DNA of 64,000 nucleotides, taken from NCBI GenBank assembly GCA_964496425.1, contig CAZBZO010000001.1, positions 71,265-135,264 of the forward strand. The letters are read 5' to 3'. Position 1 is the stretch's first letter. Every line of letters begins with the position of its first letter. The stretch is from an uncultured Candidatus Saccharibacteria bacterium (GTDB lineage: Bacteria; Patescibacteriota; Minisyncoccia; Phycocordibacterales; UBA9973). A model generated the notes under the pieces. It saw nothing but the letters and a program-made list of their open reading frames with translations. It had not been told where the DNA came from and searched no databases. Both the position numbers and the translations under genes were made by a program. Shown piece after piece: positions 55,009 to 64,000 of the stretch.

Positions 55009-56328
55009 TTACCAGTTGAATATAACTCCGCCATCTTGGCCTTTCGCTCCTGGGGATCCATCGGTTTCGTGACCACCATGGCCACCAGCGCCTCCTTTTC
55101 CTGCAATATCAGAAGCACCAGGGATACCGCCCGTACCAGTTCCAGTTCCACCCTCTTTACCATCTCCACCTTCGCCCCCCGGGTAAGAACTATCTCCTCC
55201 TGATCCCCCATTTTCTCCTCCACAAGAATCACCACTCGTATGCCCACCACTACCTTCGTGGCCATTCGTCAGAACAGCTGCACCACCAGTTGTGGCGGTA
55301 ATAATTCCATCTTTCAAAAGATCATAGGGAATGTTTGGATTCGCAATTATATCAACACTTGATAATGCACCGCTTTTACCTGAGAATCCATCTTTACCTG
55401 AAGACAATAAATTTCCTTTCTCCCCACCAGCTCCACCAGCTCCACCCATGGCGACACGTAATTTATTTACATCACTCGGAACAACAGCACTACAGAGTTC
55501 AGGGAACTTCGTTGCATCACACATGATAGTCACATTACCTGAGCCGCCAGCACCACCGCCCGAACCAGAACATGCAGATGCATTCCCTGCTGATCCGCCA
55601 CCACCGCCGCCACCACCGCCACTCGTAATTTTCTTAATGCTCTTGAAGGCTTCTACCAACTTCGGTGTACGAAAATAATAATCACCGGCAACAGTAAACG
55701 TTTTTGTTCCTGTTGCTTGCAAATAACTGTCGTCTTCATAAATCATAAACCATGTATCACTTTGATCAGTTGCAGCATCTACCCACGTAATATCGAAGTC
55801 GCCAGGATCTTGACCATTTATTACTTTAACTGCGTTACGAACTGTTGCTGAGACTTTGTAGAAGCCCCCAAAGCCTCCGAGTTGCGTAAGTGCAAAGCTC
55901 TGTGAGCCATCATCAGTGGTAGAACCAGCAAACGATGGTTGAATTGGAGTACCCTCCTTGTACGCCCAGAGACGACTTGAATCACTCACAAGTTTAACGG
56001 TAACATTCGGAGCACCATCAGTTGTAGGGACATTGCAGGTAGCCCATGTGACAGAGAGATTGTTAGTGATTTTTTGATCAATAGCGGTATTAGGAGCAGT
56101 CACCTTAATATGTGGTACTCCATCAGCACAAAGTTCGGTAAATGAAGGGTCAAGAGCAATTACTCCACCACCACTTTGACCTTTGATGGGTGGCAGGACT
56201 TTACCAGTTTGTTCTCCGACACCACGATCAGAGAGATTGTTTACAATAAAATATCCAGCACCAGCGATGATCACGATCAAGAGGATGATTCGGATCGAAC
56301 TATATTCAGGATTGTTAAAAAAATTCAT
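55009..56328 (-). CDS. Gly-rich membrane-anchored surface protein
   Basis: N-terminal TM IRIILLIVIIAGAGYFIV; C-terminal 200 aa dominated by GGxGG runs (SGGGGGGGGGSAGNAS..., GGEGGDGKEGGTGTGTGG...). Confidence 0.5.
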   Translation of the reverse strand: MNFFNNPEYSSIRIILLIVIIAGAGYFIVNNLSDRGVGEQTGKVLPPIKGQSGGGVIALDPSFTELCADGVPHIKVTAPNTAIDQKITNNLSVTWATCNVPTTDGAPNVTVKLVSDSSRLWAYKEGTPIQPSFAGSTTDDGSQSFALTQLGGFGGFYKVSATVRNAVKVINGQDPGDFDITWVDAATDQSDTWFMIYEDDSYLQATGTKTFTVAGDYYFRTPKLVEAFKSIKKITSGGGGGGGGGSAGNASACSGSGGGAGGSGNVTIMCDATKFPELCSAVVPSDVNKLRVAMGGAGGAGGEKGNLLSSGKDGFSGKSGALSSVDIIANPNIPYDLLKDGIITATTGGAAVLTNGHEGSGGHTSGDSCGGENGGSGGDSSYPGGEGGDGKEGGTGTGTGGIPGASDIAGKGGAGGHGGHETDGSPGAKGQDGGVIFNW

Positions 56329-56467
56329 GCAAAAAATTGGCGAGCAGTTTTTGGCTCGCTACTAAAGTTTATTAATAGAATCTACGCCTTGACCAAGGTA
56401 TAGATGCGTAGGCATACGATAAGTATATATTTTTACTAAAGTTGAGGAAAGCATTGGTGGGGATAAC

Positions 56468-57967
56468 TTATTTTTCCTCATATTTCAGCCTCTCTATCTT
56501 TGGGGCAGATTTTCGCAGTGTATACACCCACCAAAGCAAAAGCCCATAGAGGACGATTGGGATAATGAACGGAATATGAGAAAAGGTAATCGCCGCAAAT
56601 GGAAGCGTAGCGCCCATATGTACAACTGCTACGATGTATGAAAGAAGAGTACCAGCTATAAAAGTTACCGGAATTGCCAACACAACTGAGAGTGCAGCCA
56701 GTGGCAAGATAAGCATGCCCAAAAACATCGTAAGTGGAATAATCGGCAAGACAAGGAGATTAACCGGGAGCGAAATGATTGAGAAAATCCCCATTTTATA
56801 AAGAATAAACGGCAAAACAGCGATTTGTGCGGCCAATGTCGCAGCAGCAAGATCACGGAATGTTTTGGAGCGTATCCACCAAAGTTTAGCTTCAAAATAT
56901 GGAGCAATATAAATAAGTCCAAGTGTTGCCAAGACAGAAAGCTGAAACGAAACGTCGAAGATCAGTATTTTTGGACTGAGAAGCACCATAAGAAATACGG
57001 CGGCTATAAGTGCCCGTTCAATTTTAAAATCCCGGCCACTTGCTCGTGCGATCAAGACGAGAATTGCCATAATCCCCGCCCGCACTGCGGTCGCTTGCGC
57101 GCCCGTCATGAGTACAAAAAGAATAATGGTCGCAATACCAAGCCAGGTCGCAAGCATGGTGGCAAAAAATACATGGGCGGCTTTCATAATACCTTCTGCC
57201 ACAATGGTGACATTGTAGCCTGAGAGTGCCACAATATGGATCGTCCCGGTACGCACCAGATCGCTTCGTATTTCTGGTGAAAGTGATTGCTTTGCCCCAA
57301 GAAGTAGTCCGGCCATCAAAGTACTTTTGGGCTCAGGTAATGTAACTTGAAATATATCAACAAGCGATCGTTTAAAAGCAAAAAGGTGCGCTTTCAAAAA
57401 ATTACCATGGCCAGAGGAGACAACAGAAACAGTCGCAAACGGCATCAAGAAATAAATATCATCTTTGGAAAGGTAAGAAGTATAATCAAACTCGCTTCCA
57501 GTATCAGTAATGAAATTTTCAGGTTCAGTAATTTTTCCTGTGATCTCGATGGTGTCGCCGTAATGAAATTCTGGATAGCGAGCAGTCGTAACAAGAATGT
57601 AAGTGTTCTTATCTTCAATGCTCACTGTTAGTTTTTGACTATTGGCTCTCATGTCCGGCTCATCAACAACAATCCCCGAGAGTACCGTGGATTCGCCTAC
57701 TGTTTCAAGAAGTGACTGGTCGGGAAAAGTATCGACCGAAGCAAAGCGCGCAATCCCACACGAAAAAGATGCGAGTGCTATTGGAATCAAGAGGAAAGCA
57801 CTCTTTTTAGAATGAATTGCAAAAAGCAACAAAGCACCAGCTGCACCACCAAGGAAAATGAGAACAAAAAAAATTGATACGGGGAGAAATGATCGGATCG
57901 CAATTCCAAACAAAAATGAGAAGAGGATAGTGAGTAGTAGTTTGTCTCGTACAACGTACCGAGTCAT
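56468..57967 (-). CDS. comEC: ComEC/Rec2 DNA-uptake channel protein (DUF4131 plus competence domain, no MBL domain)
   Basis: N-terminal TM helices, OB-like DUF4131 region, competence-domain core ...GTIHIVALSGYNVTIV..., and many TM segments. Confidence 0.75.
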   Translation of the reverse strand: MTRYVVRDKLLLTILFSFLFGIAIRSFLPVSIFFVLIFLGGAAGALLLFAIHSKKSAFLLIPIALASFSCGIARFASVDTFPDQSLLETVGESTVLSGIVVDEPDMRANSQKLTVSIEDKNTYILVTTARYPEFHYGDTIEITGKITEPENFITDTGSEFDYTSYLSKDDIYFLMPFATVSVVSSGHGNFLKAHLFAFKRSLVDIFQVTLPEPKSTLMAGLLLGAKQSLSPEIRSDLVRTGTIHIVALSGYNVTIVAEGIMKAAHVFFATMLATWLGIATIILFVLMTGAQATAVRAGIMAILVLIARASGRDFKIERALIAAVFLMVLLSPKILIFDVSFQLSVLATLGLIYIAPYFEAKLWWIRSKTFRDLAAATLAAQIAVLPFILYKMGIFSIISLPVNLLVLPIIPLTMFLGMLILPLAALSVVLAIPVTFIAGTLLSYIVAVVHMGATLPFAAITFSHIPFIIPIVLYGLLLWWVYTLRKSAPKIERLKYEEK

Positions 57968-57973
57968 AGTGTT

Positions 57974-58705
57974 TCAAATAGTATTTTTAATCCCGCTCCA
58001 TGAGGTTATGATCTCCATTTCATCTTCCTTGGAAATAGATTTTTTGTACTTCGCATGTGATTTGCCTCTGACCCGAGCTTCGCATTCTTTCCAGGTTTTA
58101 TGAATCTCAATAAGAGTACCGACTTGACTGATATACGAGTATGCGGGAGTTTTATTTCTGGTTTTTTTCTCGCGCCCGGTCCCCGTCTCATCAAAAAGTG
58201 TCCCTCCGATAAGTTTTTCGTATGAAGGCTGGGGCCCTATAAAAAGCAGTGCGGGCGCGCCACTTGCAAATGAGGTCGCAATCTCATCGGCACGTTCATT
58301 GCCACGAAGCCCCGTATGGCCCTCTACTTTCAACCAAGATATTTCACGTTTCCGTTTTTCCCGAAATGTAACCGCCAAAAGTTCTCTCCAGATATCTTGA
58401 TTAAGAACATCTTCTCCTGTCTTTGTCTTCCATCCATTTTTCTCCCAGGCGTAGACCCAGGACTCAACACCAGAAATGAGATAGGCAGAGTCGGTATATA
58501 CAGCAATATCCCCTTCGATTTTACGATCGATGATGTACTCGAGCGCCTTACGTGCTGCAGTAAGCTCCATGCGATTATTTGTTGTTTCCGGTTCAGCACC
58601 TCCGAGTTCTGTTACCTTACCTGTGCTTGTAACAATAAGCGTTCCCCAACCCCCAGGGCCTGGATTGCCGCGCGACGCCCCGTCGGTAAAAACAATAGTT
58701 TTCAT
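57974..58705 (-). CDS. rnhA: Ribonuclease HI with C-terminal hybrid-binding-like (Cauli_VI-type) domain
   Basis: RNase H catalytic core TDGASRGNPGPGGWG...ELTAA...VYTDSAY...HTGLRGNERAD. C-terminal AYSYISQVGTLIEIHKTWKECEARVRGKSHAKYKKSISKEDEM resembles the RNase H1 hybrid-binding domain. Confidence 0.8.
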   Translation of the reverse strand: MKTIVFTDGASRGNPGPGGWGTLIVTSTGKVTELGGAEPETTNNRMELTAARKALEYIIDRKIEGDIAVYTDSAYLISGVESWVYAWEKNGWKTKTGEDVLNQDIWRELLAVTFREKRKREISWLKVEGHTGLRGNERADEIATSFASGAPALLFIGPQPSYEKLIGGTLFDETGTGREKKTRNKTPAYSYISQVGTLIEIHKTWKECEARVRGKSHAKYKKSISKEDEMEIITSWSGIKNTI

Positions 58706-58857
58706 ACTACGATTGTATCAAAATACCTGAGTATCTACACCTAGCCAAGCTTGCAGCCTTGTCACAAAAGGGTAGGTGGCACGTCTTTGGTAGTGTATGA
58801 GGGTTTGAATGCTCTCTACATATTATTAAGATAATCATTCAATTAACTAACAGATAT

Positions 58858-59412
58858 ATGAAGAATATTAAAAAAATCGCTGGAATCGGATTGGCTGTAG
58901 CAATGCTCTTTGGAGGCTCTCTTTCGGCTTTTGCACAATCATCACTTACACCAACTACTGCATCAGCAGCTCGGGAAATGCGAGATCGTGCGGACGGTGT
59001 CCGTGGCAATCTTGAGGAAGTTCTTGCTCGTGTTACAAGCATTATGAACCGTCTTGAAGATATCAACCAAAGACTCGTCAGCGCTAACATGGACAATGCA
59101 AAAGTACAAGCTACTCTTGTAGAAGTACGTGCAAAGTATAACGATGCAGTTGTAAAAGTTGGAGCATTTAAAACAGCGCTTGCCGCTTTTGAAGCTGGTT
59201 CATCTACAACAGATCTTAAAGCCAAAGCTCTTGAAGCAAAAAATGCTCTTCGCGCATTTGTGGAAGCTATGAAAACTCTCCATGAACACATGCAATCAGC
59301 ATATGATGCAAATCAGACTGGCCGCCCAACACCAACGCAAGTAACGCCAGTAAGTGGCACACCCGTAAGTAATGCCATCCCAACAAACGTTAACAGCGCT
59401 CTTGGTAACTAA
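58858..59412 (+). CDS. Secreted Ala-rich alpha-helical hypothetical protein
   Basis: Signal peptide MKNIKKIAGIGLAVAMLFGGSLSAFA; coiled-coil-like Ala/Lys/Glu-rich body. Confidence 0.5.
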   Translation: MKNIKKIAGIGLAVAMLFGGSLSAFAQSSLTPTTASAAREMRDRADGVRGNLEEVLARVTSIMNRLEDINQRLVSANMDNAKVQATLVEVRAKYNDAVVKVGAFKTALAAFEAGSSTTDLKAKALEAKNALRAFVEAMKTLHEHMQSAYDANQTGRPTPTQVTPVSGTPVSNAIPTNVNSALGN

Positions 59413-59431
59413 AACTAAATAAAGTCACCCT

Positions 59432-59468
59432 AAAAACACCGCCTTTAAAGGCGGTGTTTTTCTTTTCG
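59432..59468. terminator. Bidirectional intrinsic terminator
   Basis: AAAAACACCGCC-tttaaa-GGCGGTGTTTTTCTTTT. Confidence 0.65.
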
Positions 59469-59488
59469 TAAATAAAAAAGATACAACC

Positions 59489-61168
59489 CTAAAACACATC
59501 TACCAGTCGCAAGCGAAGCTCGCCGCGACCCCGAAATCGAGAATAATCAAACGTTCCCAAAAAAGAAATAGGCTCACCCTCCACCAGCTCTTTTTTATAT
59601 GAAGCTGGCGTTGAAAAAAAGGAAATTGCTTTTATCGAACCGGCTTGATCAGCAAGTATAAGCTCAAGATGGTTTTTTTCTTTTCCAAACGTGCGAACGT
59701 TTTTAAGCAGGACCTGCTCAAAAAGAAAGAGGGGTTTTTGATTACCGAGCCCAAAGGGCGAGAGTTTTTGAAGCAGTGTGTGATTTTCTATTGTTACATC
59801 GCTAAGCGACAAGGTAGCATCATGTGGGGCGAGAGAAATCTCGCTTTTTGTTTTTTTGATTTTAGAGAATGCATCAACGAGAGTATCTTCAAGAAAATGT
59901 ACCGAATCCGTTGTAAGCGAAAAGCCTCCAGCAAGTTCATGCCCTCCAAAATCAATAAACGTATTCTCGGCACTGGTCATGAGCTCAACAACATTGACCG
60001 ATCCATCAGAACGGCACGATCCTTTAATACGCCCCGCTTTCGAAGCCTGATCTGGAGAAGTGCTTCCATCATCTCCACCCCAGACGAACGCTGGACGACT
60101 ATAGGTATCAGTAATCTTGCCTGCCACGAGCCCAAGCACCCCTGCCCGCCAGGCTGGATTGCCAATCACTATCACTTCGCGAAGCTCACGCTTTTTCAAA
60201 TGGGCATGAACATCACGCATAATAGTCGCCACCAAACTTTTTCGGTCATCGTTGATATCTGATAAATGCTGGGCCAAGGAAATCGCTTCAGCTATATCAG
60301 TTGTAGCCAATAGCTCATACGCGCGGCGTGGTGAACCCATTCGACTGGCAGCATTGATGCGCGGCGTGATCATAAACGACACATCATCCTCCGAAAGATA
60401 GGTTTGGTTGATCGCAAGCTTTGAAAGAAGCTCGCGAAGTCCCGGTCGGGGAGATTTCCGAAGTACCATCATACCAAAGTAGGCAAGCACTCTGTTTTCT
60501 CCCAAAAGCGGCACCATATCAGAGAGTGTGGCGAGTCCTGCCATATCAAGAAGCCACTTCTCCCAGCCCTTTTTTACATTCCAATATTCACCATACTTCT
60601 CTACCAACGCAACCACGACTTTCCAAGCCACGGCTGCACCGCAGAGCATTTTTTCAGGATATTCACAATCAACTTGCTTTGGATTGATGATCGCATAGGC
60701 GCGCGGAAGATCGCTGTGAGGCAGATGGTGGTCCGTAATGATCACGTCAACTCCCGCCGTTTGCGCTTCTGCCACTTCTAAAACTGCGGTAATACCAAGG
60801 TCGACGGTAATAATAAGCTTCACTCCATCAGCAATAAATTGCTTCACCGCATCCATATGAAGTCCGTAGCCTTCGTCCGCTCTGTCAGGAATATAGACAT
60901 CAAAATTGCTATAACCGATTTTTTTAAAGAAATCGGAAAAAATCACCGCGCCCGGTATACCGTCGCAGTCATAGTCGGCATACACAACGATTTTTTCTTT
61001 TGCTTCGGTCGCCTCAAATATTCGTACGCAAGCCCGCTCCATATCTTTCAAAAGAAATGGATTGTGAAGTCCGCCTTCGTATGAGGGATTGAGAAATTGC
61101 TTCCGTTGTGTTTCGTCTAAAATACCTCGCTTGCGTAGGAGCATATCGAGAAGTTCTGTGTTTGGCAT
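59489..61168 (-). CDS. recJ: Single-stranded-DNA-specific exonuclease RecJ
   Basis: DHH motifs (VYADYDCDGIPG, ITDHHLPH) and DHHA1 region; 559 aa. Confidence 0.85.
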   Translation of the reverse strand: MPNTELLDMLLRKRGILDETQRKQFLNPSYEGGLHNPFLLKDMERACVRIFEATEAKEKIVVYADYDCDGIPGAVIFSDFFKKIGYSNFDVYIPDRADEGYGLHMDAVKQFIADGVKLIITVDLGITAVLEVAEAQTAGVDVIITDHHLPHSDLPRAYAIINPKQVDCEYPEKMLCGAAVAWKVVVALVEKYGEYWNVKKGWEKWLLDMAGLATLSDMVPLLGENRVLAYFGMMVLRKSPRPGLRELLSKLAINQTYLSEDDVSFMITPRINAASRMGSPRRAYELLATTDIAEAISLAQHLSDINDDRKSLVATIMRDVHAHLKKRELREVIVIGNPAWRAGVLGLVAGKITDTYSRPAFVWGGDDGSTSPDQASKAGRIKGSCRSDGSVNVVELMTSAENTFIDFGGHELAGGFSLTTDSVHFLEDTLVDAFSKIKKTKSEISLAPHDATLSLSDVTIENHTLLQKLSPFGLGNQKPLFLFEQVLLKNVRTFGKEKNHLELILADQAGSIKAISFFSTPASYKKELVEGEPISFLGTFDYSRFRGRGELRLRLVDVF

Positions 61169-61230
61169 AACAGAGGAGATTGTACCATATCATAAAAACA
61201 GAATTTTACTCCCTATTCGATCAGAAAATA

Positions 61231-61629
61231 TTAGAGTGAAGTCGTGCCGTCAAAATGCTCTCCTTCGTCAGCTTCTGCATCAGCCTTCGTGGCATGGACT
61301 GTGCCATCTTTATGATTTGGCGGAGCATAGAGCGTGTAGAGCTTGAGACGCTCTGTAGCTGAAGTATTGATGATATTGTGCATCGTGCCGGCAGGTATAA
61401 TGATTGCAAAGCCGTCTTCAATATATGTCTCATTACCATCGAGGATTGCCATACCGCTTCCCGCTTCAAGACGAATGAATTGATCAAGCTGATGTACTTC
61501 CATGCCAATTTCTTCCCCGGGCAATAGACTCATCGCAACGAGTTGGCAGTGCTCCGCCGTATAGATAACTTCACGAAAGTTCTCATTTTCAACCGTTACT
61601 TTTTCAATATTGTTGATGAAGCCTTTCAT
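61231..61629 (-). CDS. Cupin-domain protein
   Basis: Two-His cupin motifs (GMEVHQLDQFIRLEAG, PAGTMHNIIN). Confidence 0.55.
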   Translation of the reverse strand: MKGFINNIEKVTVENENFREVIYTAEHCQLVAMSLLPGEEIGMEVHQLDQFIRLEAGSGMAILDGNETYIEDGFAIIIPAGTMHNIINTSATERLKLYTLYAPPNHKDGTVHATKADAEADEGEHFDGTTSL

Positions 61630-61640
61630 CTGTATTCTAT

Positions 61641-61862
61641 TTAGATCGTAGTCTCGTGAGACTGCGTATGTGTAACTTCAGGTTTTGGAATAACAAAAAT
61701 ACAAACAATGTAAGTAATTATCCCCGGAACCAACCCAGTAACAAAAGAAATAAAAAGGCAGATAACACGTACCAAAACCGGATCAACAGCGAAATATTCC
61801 CCGAGGCCACCACAAATCCCTGCAAAAATTTTATTAGAGTTGCTTCGATAAAGTCGTTTCAT
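61641..61862 (-). CDS. PspC-domain membrane protein
   Basis: LYRSNSNKIFAGICGGLGEYFAVDPVLVRVI is the PspC domain signature, followed by a TM helix. Confidence 0.6.
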   Translation of the reverse strand: MKRLYRSNSNKIFAGICGGLGEYFAVDPVLVRVICLFISFVTGLVPGIITYIVCIFVIPKPEVTHTQSHETTI

Positions 61863-61882
61863 ATATTTTCTTTTAATGAGAG

Positions 61883-64000
61883 CTAGTAATCGAGCGTTGT
61901 GCCGTCAGGCAAGATCACCGTGCCAGTGTCACAGCCTTGGAGACGATTGAGATATGAGAGCGTTGTGCGGCCGACATAACCAGTACCTTCAGTCAGCCCC
62001 CATGGATCAAGCATCACCTGATGGAATTTCTCTTGGAATGCTACGAGGCCGTAGTAGAGTGGGAGATCAAAGAGGTTAGAAAGAGTACCAATTGAGAAGC
62101 CAAGATTTTGAAGAACCAGTTTGATCTTAAGAACTTCACTTTCATTATTATGAAGGGTCAGAGAATGTTGGTTGACGAATGCCGGACACGTAGCGGTGCC
62201 ACCGCAGTTAATACTTGAAATCGTATTTGATGTTGTTGGACCAACGTATCCAGTTGGCTGAGAGAGCCCCCAGACGGTCAGAATCGAACTCGCATATCTC
62301 AACTGAAATCGATTGACTGCCTCGACATCTGCAAGTTTATATATTCCATCTTCAATCAATGCTTCATCTTGCGTTTTATTTAAGAACTGCTGCAATTTTT
62401 TCACATCAGACGCATTATTGGCTTTACCGTATTCGATATAACTTGATAAGTACGGTGCACATACAGTAACAGGGACGCTTGGAGCACTCGGAGAGCTGTC
62501 TCCCCCTCCAGAAGGAGCTGATGGAGCACTCGTATCATCCACGACTACATCTGGACTCGTAGTATCGTCAGGAGTAGTAGTATCATCTGGGACGCTAGAA
62601 CTATTATTGTTTGACCCACTATCGACTTCTTCATCCTCATCGACAACAGTAACTTCTCGACTAACCGATGCGCTACTTCCATCGCTATCTTCAACACTAT
62701 AGGTAAGTATATATACATCGGGTTCAGAAATATTTACATTACCCGAGAGGAGTATTTCGTCTGATAAATCCCCGTCTTCGGGGTCCGTAGCAGTAGCACC
62801 AGGATCCACATACGCCGTATCTACTGTTACAGAAACTTCATCTGCCCCAACAAGGTCGATGGTAGGCGGAAGATTGTTGGATTGTTCGGCCAATGTTGAA
62901 AATGTTCGATCATTTGACACCCCCTCATTGCCAGCAGCATCTTTTGATGCCATCTGGAAGTGATACACCGTATTTTGCGTAAGCCCAGAGAGTGTTACCG
63001 TGTGGGTCGTCACGCGCGGGGAGGTATTTGTTTCGGGAGTAGAACTACCATACGAGTCGCTCACGCCATAATTTATTTTAGAAGAAGAAGCCTCATTGGT
63101 TGTCCATATAATAACAGCAGAAGTTAGAGCCGGAGTAACAGAAACAAATGTAATCACCGGATCAGTCGTATCACTCGGTGGCGGTGTAGATTCGGTATAG
63201 GTAAAGGACGACGAACACAATGAAACATTCGAAGAAATGTCTGTTGCTGAAGCATAGAAGTTTGTCGTAGTGTTATCGGAGACGCTCACTGTCAAGCCTG
63301 ACGAAGCAAAGCTGGAAGCGGTACCTGTGGCTGCAATCGTTCCTGTACAATTTGAATTAGTATAGATTTTTACTGTTGAGCTCGCAGGAGCCGTACCAAA
63401 GAGCTTAGGACTATTATTATTGGATCCTGAAACAGGAGTAGAAGAAGTGATTGATGGTGTAGCAGGTAGTGGAATGCTACTGGTAGCAAAGGTCCGATCA
63501 GTTGAAGTAGCAGAATTATTAGCTGCATCTTCAGATGTAACTCTGTAGTGATAGAGTGTACCGGCCGTAAGCCCAGAGAGTGTTACCGTGTGGGTCGTCA
63601 CGCGCGGGGAGGTATTTGTTTCGGGAGTAGAAGTATAAGAGTTTGTATTCAAACCATATTCAACGAGAGACGACGCAGCTTCATCGGTTGACCATGTCAC
63701 AATGGCTGATGTTTGCGAGGGTGTTGCCGACACAGAAGAAATAATCGGATCCGTCGTATCACCTTGAGTACTTCCGTCGATCACTACGGTAATAGACGAA
63801 CTTTCATCAGAAACGTTTCCCGACGCATCTCTCGCGACGACAGAGAATACGTACGTTCCCTCTTCCAAACCTTCGATAGTCGCAGAGTTGGTTGTAACTG
63901 TCGCCACAGCATCGGTAGTCCGTTGATCTACGAGGGCAGGGGCTTTAGGTTTTGTTTGTTGTATGTTTGTATTCTGTATAGTATCTGATCCGCCAAAAAT
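61883..64000 (-). CDS. Giant surface protein (N-terminus outside window) with tandem Fn3-like ~196-aa domains, Asp/Ser-rich linker and the same C-terminal tandem peptidoglycan-binding-like module as the 14182-16152 protein
   Basis: ORF remains open to the window edge beyond the GTG at 63905. Repeated ...TSPRVTTHTVTLSGLT...YH(Y/F)... Fn3-like units. C-terminal VCAPYLSS...RFQLRYASSILTVWGL.QPTGYVGPTT...AFQEKFHQVMLDPWG...TLDY. Confidence 0.7.
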   Translation of the reverse strand: MFGGSDTIQNTNIQQTKPKAPALVDQRTTDAVATVTTNSATIEGLEEGTYVFSVVARDASGNVSDESSSITVVIDGSTQGDTTDPIISSVSATPSQTSAIVTWSTDEAASSLVEYGLNTNSYTSTPETNTSPRVTTHTVTLSGLTAGTLYHYRVTSEDAANNSATSTDRTFATSSIPLPATPSITSSTPVSGSNNNSPKLFGTAPASSTVKIYTNSNCTGTIAATGTASSFASSGLTVSVSDNTTTNFYASATDISSNVSLCSSSFTYTESTPPPSDTTDPVITFVSVTPALTSAVIIWTTNEASSSKINYGVSDSYGSSTPETNTSPRVTTHTVTLSGLTQNTVYHFQMASKDAAGNEGVSNDRTFSTLAEQSNNLPPTIDLVGADEVSVTVDTAYVDPGATATDPEDGDLSDEILLSGNVNISEPDVYILTYSVEDSDGSSASVSREVTVVDEDEEVDSGSNNNSSSVPDDTTTPDDTTSPDVVVDDTSAPSAPSGGGDSSPSAPSVPVTVCAPYLSSYIEYGKANNASDVKKLQQFLNKTQDEALIEDGIYKLADVEAVNRFQLRYASSILTVWGLSQPTGYVGPTTSNTISSINCGGTATCPAFVNQHSLTLHNNESEVLKIKLVLQNLGFSIGTLSNLFDLPLYYGLVAFQEKFHQVMLDPWGLTEGTGYVGRTTLSYLNRLQGCDTGTVILPDGTTLDY

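Noticed and set aside
55500-55640. Short-period direct repeats considered as a possible CRISPR array
   Set aside because: Period is 3-9 nt (GGN codon repeats) inside a coding region; no 25-40 nt repeat and spacer structure anywhere in the window.
55331-55678. 115-aa Pro-rich + strand ORF
   Set aside because: Antisense translation of the GGN (poly-Gly) tracts of the 55009-56328 gene.

Overview
This 64-kb window looks like bacterial chromosome with Candidate Phyla Radiation (Patescibacteria/Parcubacteria)-like traits. Most of it is on the minus strand and is dominated by a ribosomal protein and translation supercluster: rpsL-rpsG-fusA-tuf-rpsJ-rplC-rplD-rplW-rplB, then rpsS through rplE, rpsZ through rplO, secY, adk and map. 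rpsN is the zinc-finger type-Z form (rpsZ), and no L30 gene lies between rpsE and rplO. Three archaeal-style nucleotide kinases (adk, cmk, UMP kinase) sit inside the cluster. The cluster is atypical in three ways. (1) A 4.5-kb insertion separates rplB from rpsS; it carries dgkA, a hypothetical gene, a lower-GC arylsulfatase with a Bacteroidota-type Por/T9SS C-terminal sorting domain, and an oppositely oriented murI. (2) cmk sits between rplE and rpsZ with its own terminator. (3) Where infA-rpmJ-rpsM-rpsK-rpsD-rpoA-rplQ would be expected after map, there is instead a 910-aa HerA/TraD-superfamily P-loop ATPase followed by a CYTH-domain gene. Other solid features are a tRNA with a UAU anticodon, smpB followed by its tmRNA, ftsH, a recG 3' fragment, recJ, rnhA, ndk, an infC-rpmI-rplT operon, rpmB, a split ComEC, an Fe/Mn-SOD-like gene, and several intrinsic terminators. 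The accessory content is a set of giant cell-surface proteins. These include two tandem beta-helical fibre-like proteins with phage tail-fibre intramolecular-chaperone (peptidase S74-like) C-terminal domains. There are two tandem paralogous membrane proteins with GYAWGxxxGWIxF repeats, calcium-binding-like Cys/Asp motifs and carboxypeptidase-regulatory-like domains. Two further giant proteins, 47 kb apart, share a C-terminal peptidoglycan-binding-like module. No CRISPR array, transposase or integrase was seen. Every functional call is based on reading motifs and domain order in the translations by eye; no searches were run.
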